Source: Macrostomum lignano
Lineage: Eukaryota
NCBI GenBank assembly: GCA_002269645.1
Contig: NIVC01000027.1
Location: 372,001 to 436,000, forward strand
Direction: 5' to 3'
Length of the DNA stretch: 64,000 bases
Of the stretch, positions 58,990 through 64,000 are shown piece after piece. The first letter of the stretch is position 1. The number at the start of each line of letters is the position of its first letter. The position numbers were made by a program, and so were the translations under genes. The notes below the pieces were generated by a model. It did not search any database. It was not told the origin of the DNA and worked only from the letters and a program-made list of their open reading frames with translations.

Positions 58990-61915
58990 CAAATTGGGAT
59001 TCAGACTCAAATTGGGATTCAGACTCAAATTGTGATTCAGACTCAAATTGGGATTTGATACTCAAATTGGGTTTTGATACTCAAATTGGGATTTGATACT
59101 CAAATTGGGATTTGATACTCGAATTGGGATTCGATACTCAAATTGGGATTCTCCACCCAAATAGGCATTCAAACTCAAATTGGGATTTGATACTCAAATT
59201 GGGATTCTCCACCCAAATAGGGATTCAAACTCAAATTGGGATTTGATACTCAAATTGGGATTCGATACTCAAATTGGGATTCGATACTCAAATTGGGATT
59301 CAGACTCAAATTGGGATTTGATACTCAAATTGGGATTTGATACTCAAATTGGGATTTGATACCCAAATTGGGATTTGATACTCAAATTGGGATTTGATAC
59401 TCAAATTGGGATTTGATACTCAAATTGGGATTTGATACTCAAATTGGGATTTGATACTCAAATTGGGATTTGATACTCTAATTGGGATTTGATACTCAAA
59501 TTGGGATTTGATACTCAAATTGGGATTTGATACTCAAATTGGGATTTGATACTCAAATTGGGATTTGATACTCAAATTGGGATTTGATACCCAAATTGGG
59601 ATTTGATACTCAAATTGGGATTTGATACTCAAATGGGGATTTGATACTCAAATTGGGATTTGATAGGTGCTCAAATTGGGATTTGATACCCAAATTGGGA
59701 TTTGATACTCAAATTGGGATTTGATACTCAAATTGGGATTTGATACTCAAATTGGGATTTGATACTCAAATTGGGATTTGATACTCAAATTGGGATTTGA
59801 TACTCAAATTGGGTTTTGATACTCAAATTGGGATTCTCCACCCAAATAGGGATTCAAACTCAAATTGGGATTTGATACTCAAATTGGGATTTGATACTCA
59901 AATTGGGATTTGATACTCAAATTGGGATTTGATACTCAAATTGGGATTTGATACTCAAATTGGGATTTGATACTCAAATTGGGATTTGATACTCAAATTG
60001 GGATTTGATACTCAAATTGGGATTTGATACCCAAATTGGGATTTGATACTCAAATTGGGATTTGATACTCAAATTGGGATTTGATACTCAAATTGGGATT
60101 TGATACTCAAATTGGGATTTGATACTCAAATTGGGTTTTGATACTCAAATTGGGATTTGATACTCAAATTGGGATTTGATACTCAAATTGGGATTTGATA
60201 CTCAAATTGGGATTTGATACTCAAATTGGGTTTTGATACTCAAATTGGGATTTGAGGCCCTACAAATTGGGATTTGATACTCAAATTGGGATTTGATACT
60301 CAAATTGGGATTTGATACTCAAATTGGGATTTGATACTCAAATTGGGATTTGATACTCAAATTGGGATTTGATACTCAAATTGGGATTTGATACTCAAAT
60401 TGGGTTTTGATACTCAAATTGGGATTTGAGGCCCTACAAATTGGGATTTGATACTCAAATTGGGATTTGATACTCAAATTGGGATTTGATACTCAAATTG
60501 GGTTTTGATACTCAAATTGGGATTTGATACTCAAATTGGGATTTGATACTCAAATTGGGATTTGATACTCAAATTGGGATTTGATACTCAAATTGGGATT
60601 TGATACTCAAATTGGGATTTGATACTCAAATTGGGATTTGATACTCAAATTGGGTTTTGATACTCAAATTGGGATTTGAGGCCCTACAAATTGGGATTTG
60701 ATACTCAAATTGGGATTTGATACTCAAATTGGGATTTGATACTCAAATTGGGATTTGATACTCAAATTGGGATTTGATACTCAAATTGGGATTTGATACT
60801 CAAATTGGGATTTGATACTCAAATTGGGTTTTGATACTCAAATTGGGATTTGAGGCCCTACAAATTGGGATTTGATACTCAAATTGGGATTTGATACTCA
60901 AATTGGGATTTGATACTCAAATTGGGTTTTGATACTCAAATTGGGATTTGATACTCAAATTGGGATTTGATACTCAAATTGGGATTTGATACTCAAATTG
61001 GGATTTGATACTCAAATTGGGATTTGATACTCAAATTGGGATTTGATACTCAAATTGGGATTTGATACTCAAATTGGGTTTTGATACTCAAATTGGGATT
61101 TGAGGCCCTACAAATTGGGATTTGATACTCAAATTGGGATTTGATACTCAAATTGGGATTTGATACTCAAATTGGGATTTGATACTCAAATTGGGATTTG
61201 ATACTCAAATTGGGATTTGATACTCAAATTGGGATTTGATACTCAAATTGGGATTTGATACTCAAATTGGGATTTGATACTCAAATTGGGATTTGATACT
61301 CAAATTGGGATTTGATACTCTAATTGGGATTTGATACTCAAATTGGGATTTGATACTCAAATTGGGATTTGATACTCAAATTGGGATTTGATACTCAAAT
61401 TGGGATTTGATACTCAAATTGGGATTTGATACTCAAATTGGGATTTGATACTCAAATTGGGATTTGATACTCAAATTGGGATTTGATACTCAAATTGGGG
61501 TTTGATAGGTGCTCAAATTAGGATTTGATACTCAAATTGGGGTTTGATACTCAAATTGCGATTTGATACTCTAATTGGGATTTGATACTCTAATTGGGAT
61601 TTGATAGCTACTCAAATTGGGATTTGCTAGCTACTCAAATTGGGATTTGATACTCAAATTGGGATTTGATACTCTAATTGGGATTTGATACTCTAATTGA
61701 GATTTGATAGCTACTCAAATTGGGATTTGCTAGCTACTCAAATTGGGATTTGCTAGCTACTCAAATTGGGATTTGCTAGCTACTCAAATTGGGATTTGCT
61801 AGCTACTCAAATTGGGATTTGCTAGCTACTCAAATTGGGATTTTCCCCCCAAATTGGGATTCACACTCAAATAGGGATTCAGACTCAAATTGGGATTTGA
61901 GATTCAGACTCAAAT
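58990..61915. repeat. 19-bp satellite (GATACTCAAATTGGGATTT), ~2.9 kb
   Basis: Direct. Confidence 0.98.
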
Positions 61916-62441
61916 CGGGATTTCAGACTCATGTGCTTTAATACCACAAATATGCAAACTCGGTTTTGCATACGCTAGTGACTTGAAACAGCAGGTGAAG
62001 CCCGGCACTAATTAGAATTGAAAATAATGCTTGAGCCAAGTTGCCAAGTTACCAGTATAAGAAGAGAATGATTGGCAACTAAATATTTATAGCTACCAGC
62101 CACCCCAGATATTTCATTCGTCAGTGCGCCGAACTGCGCAATTCCAGAGCCTGTACAGTACATAATGAACCTCACCTGCACCGGTTATAACCTGGGTAGA
62201 AATTCTCTGTCGCTTAGCAATATGATATATATTGCAATATATGGCTACAGAGCCAAGCCCAATGCAAGACTTTAACACAGTTTTGTTGCCATCCACAAAA
62301 GCATGAAAAACTTTTTTAAGTTTTGCAATTTTCGCCTTACAAAAACAAGGATTGGACAAAGACGTCTGTTGTCTTTGTTTTTGACGGTGAGAAAGGCTCG
62401 GTTATTGTGCGTGTGCGTGTAAGCATGTTTACTTGTCATAG

Positions 62442-63150
62442 CTGAGATAACAGGTATCTAATCTAGGAAATCACCTGAGATAACAGGTATCTATTCTAGG
62501 AAATCACCCCTGAGATCACATGGTATCTAATCTAGGAAATCACCTGAGATCTCAGGGCATCTATTCTAGGAAATCACCTTGAGATAACAGGTATCTATTC
62601 TAGGAAATCACCCTGAGATCTCAGGGTATCTATTCTAGGAAATCACCTTGAGATCTCAGGGTATCTATTCTAGGAAATCCCCCTAAAGATCTCAGGGTAT
62701 CTATTCTAGGAAATCACCTTGAGATCTCAGGGTATCTATTCTAGGAAATCCCCCTAAAGATCTCAGGGTATTTATTCTAGGAAATCACCTGAGATCACAG
62801 GGTATCTATTCTAGGAAATCACCCTGAGATCACAGGCATCTATTCTAGGAAATCACACTGAGATCACAGGGTATCTATTCTAGGAAATCACACTGAGATC
62901 ACAGGGTATCTATTCTAGGAAATCACCCTGAGATCACAGGCATCTATTCTAGGAAATCACACTGAGATCACAGGGTATCTATTCTAGGAAATCACCCTGA
63001 GATCACAGGCATCTATTCTAGGAAATCACACTGAGATCACAGGGTATCTATTCTAGGAAATCACCTGAGATCTCAGGGTATTTATTCTAGGAAATCACCT
63101 GAGATCACAGGCATCTATTCTAGGAAATCACCTGAGATCACAGGGTATAT
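62442..63150. repeat. 33-35-bp tandem array (CTGAGATCACAGGGTATCTATTCTAGGAAATCAC)
   Basis: Direct. Confidence 0.95.
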
Positions 63151-63625
63151 ACGAGCTATCTCTGTGATCTCACAAAATTTTCTCTAGAGAACAGAAGTTT
63201 GCGACTGCTCCTAATCACACGAGTTGTCTATGGCACAAAATCATCCGATTGCTGAAACTTTTCGGATGACCCCATGGATGAATAAAACCATGGATTGCTC
63301 GTCTGCCTTAAATTTGGGGATGCAACTTTGTCCCGCGAAGCCATCGTTCGCACCGATTGGTTACTGCAGATCCCTTAGTTGTCTATGGTAAAAACGTAAG
63401 CTGCAGTGCTTATGCACGGAAAGTCCTATACACGGTTTTATTCATACATGGATGACCCTTTTATATGGCTACGATTTGGACCTTTAAAGCAAGACTAACA
63501 TTTTCTTGTCATTCAATACAGCATGAAATTTTGCCTTTCAAAAACACGGATTGGACAAAGACTTCTGCTATCTTTGCTATTGATGGTGAGACAGGTGTTT
63601 ATGCGTGTGTGAGCTTGCTCAGTAC

Positions 63626-64000
63626 CAGAGATCACAGGGTGTTTATTTTAGGAAAGCATCTGAGATCACAGGGTGTTTATTTTAGGAAATCATCTGAGAT
63701 CACAGGGTGTTTATTTTAGGAAATCATCTGAGATCACAGGTATCTACTCTAGGAAATCACCCTGAGATCACAGGTATCTACTCTAGAAAATCACCCTGAG
63801 ATCACAGGTACCTACTCTAGGAAATCACCTGAGATCACAGGTACCTACTCTAGGAAATCACCTGAGATCACAGGTACCTACTCTAGGAAATCACCTGAGA
63901 TCACAGGTATCTACTCTAGGAAATCACCTGAGATAACAGGTATCTACTCTAGGAAATCACCTGAGATCACAGGTATCTACTCTAGGAAATCACCTGAGAT
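63626..64000. repeat. Second array of the same 33-35-bp family
   Basis: Direct. Runs off the window end. Confidence 0.95.

Noticed and set aside
58468-59058. 196-aa ORF
   Set aside because: Non-ATG start, runs into the satellite, and has no domain signal.
57697-64000. CRISPR-like appearance of the 47-, 19- and 33-35-bp arrays
   Set aside because: Units are head-to-tail with no unique spacers, there are no cas genes, and the context is eukaryotic.

Overview
Animal genomic DNA, repeat-rich with AT-rich intergenic and GC-richer coding sequence. A flatworm such as Macrostomum is my inference only. The main feature is a 22.6 kb Polinton/Maverick (adintovirus-type) endogenous DNA virus at 11892-34463, bounded by AGTAG...CTACT terminal inverted repeats. 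It encodes an rve integrase, protein-primed PolB, adenain-like protease, A32/FtsK packaging ATPase, major and minor jelly-roll capsid proteins, a stand-alone parvovirus-type PLA2, an adenovirus pX-like protein and other candidate core or membrane proteins. Its PolB gene is split by two non-LTR retrotransposons, a 5'-truncated RTE-like copy and an apparently full-length LOA/R1-like copy, each with a clean target-site duplication. A truncated second Polinton copy occupies 1-2868. Host genes are a secreted WSC+PAN gene with a pseudogene duplicate and a diverged third exon, an intronless class A GPCR, an orphan two-exon gene, a glycosyltransferase-like exon and an intronless slowpoke/BK channel. 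The last 14 kb is mostly micro- and minisatellites (two with higher-order periodicity) plus a broken Penelope-like element. Several frameshifts are single-base homopolymer indels and may be assembly errors. All family assignments come from motif recognition, not database searches.
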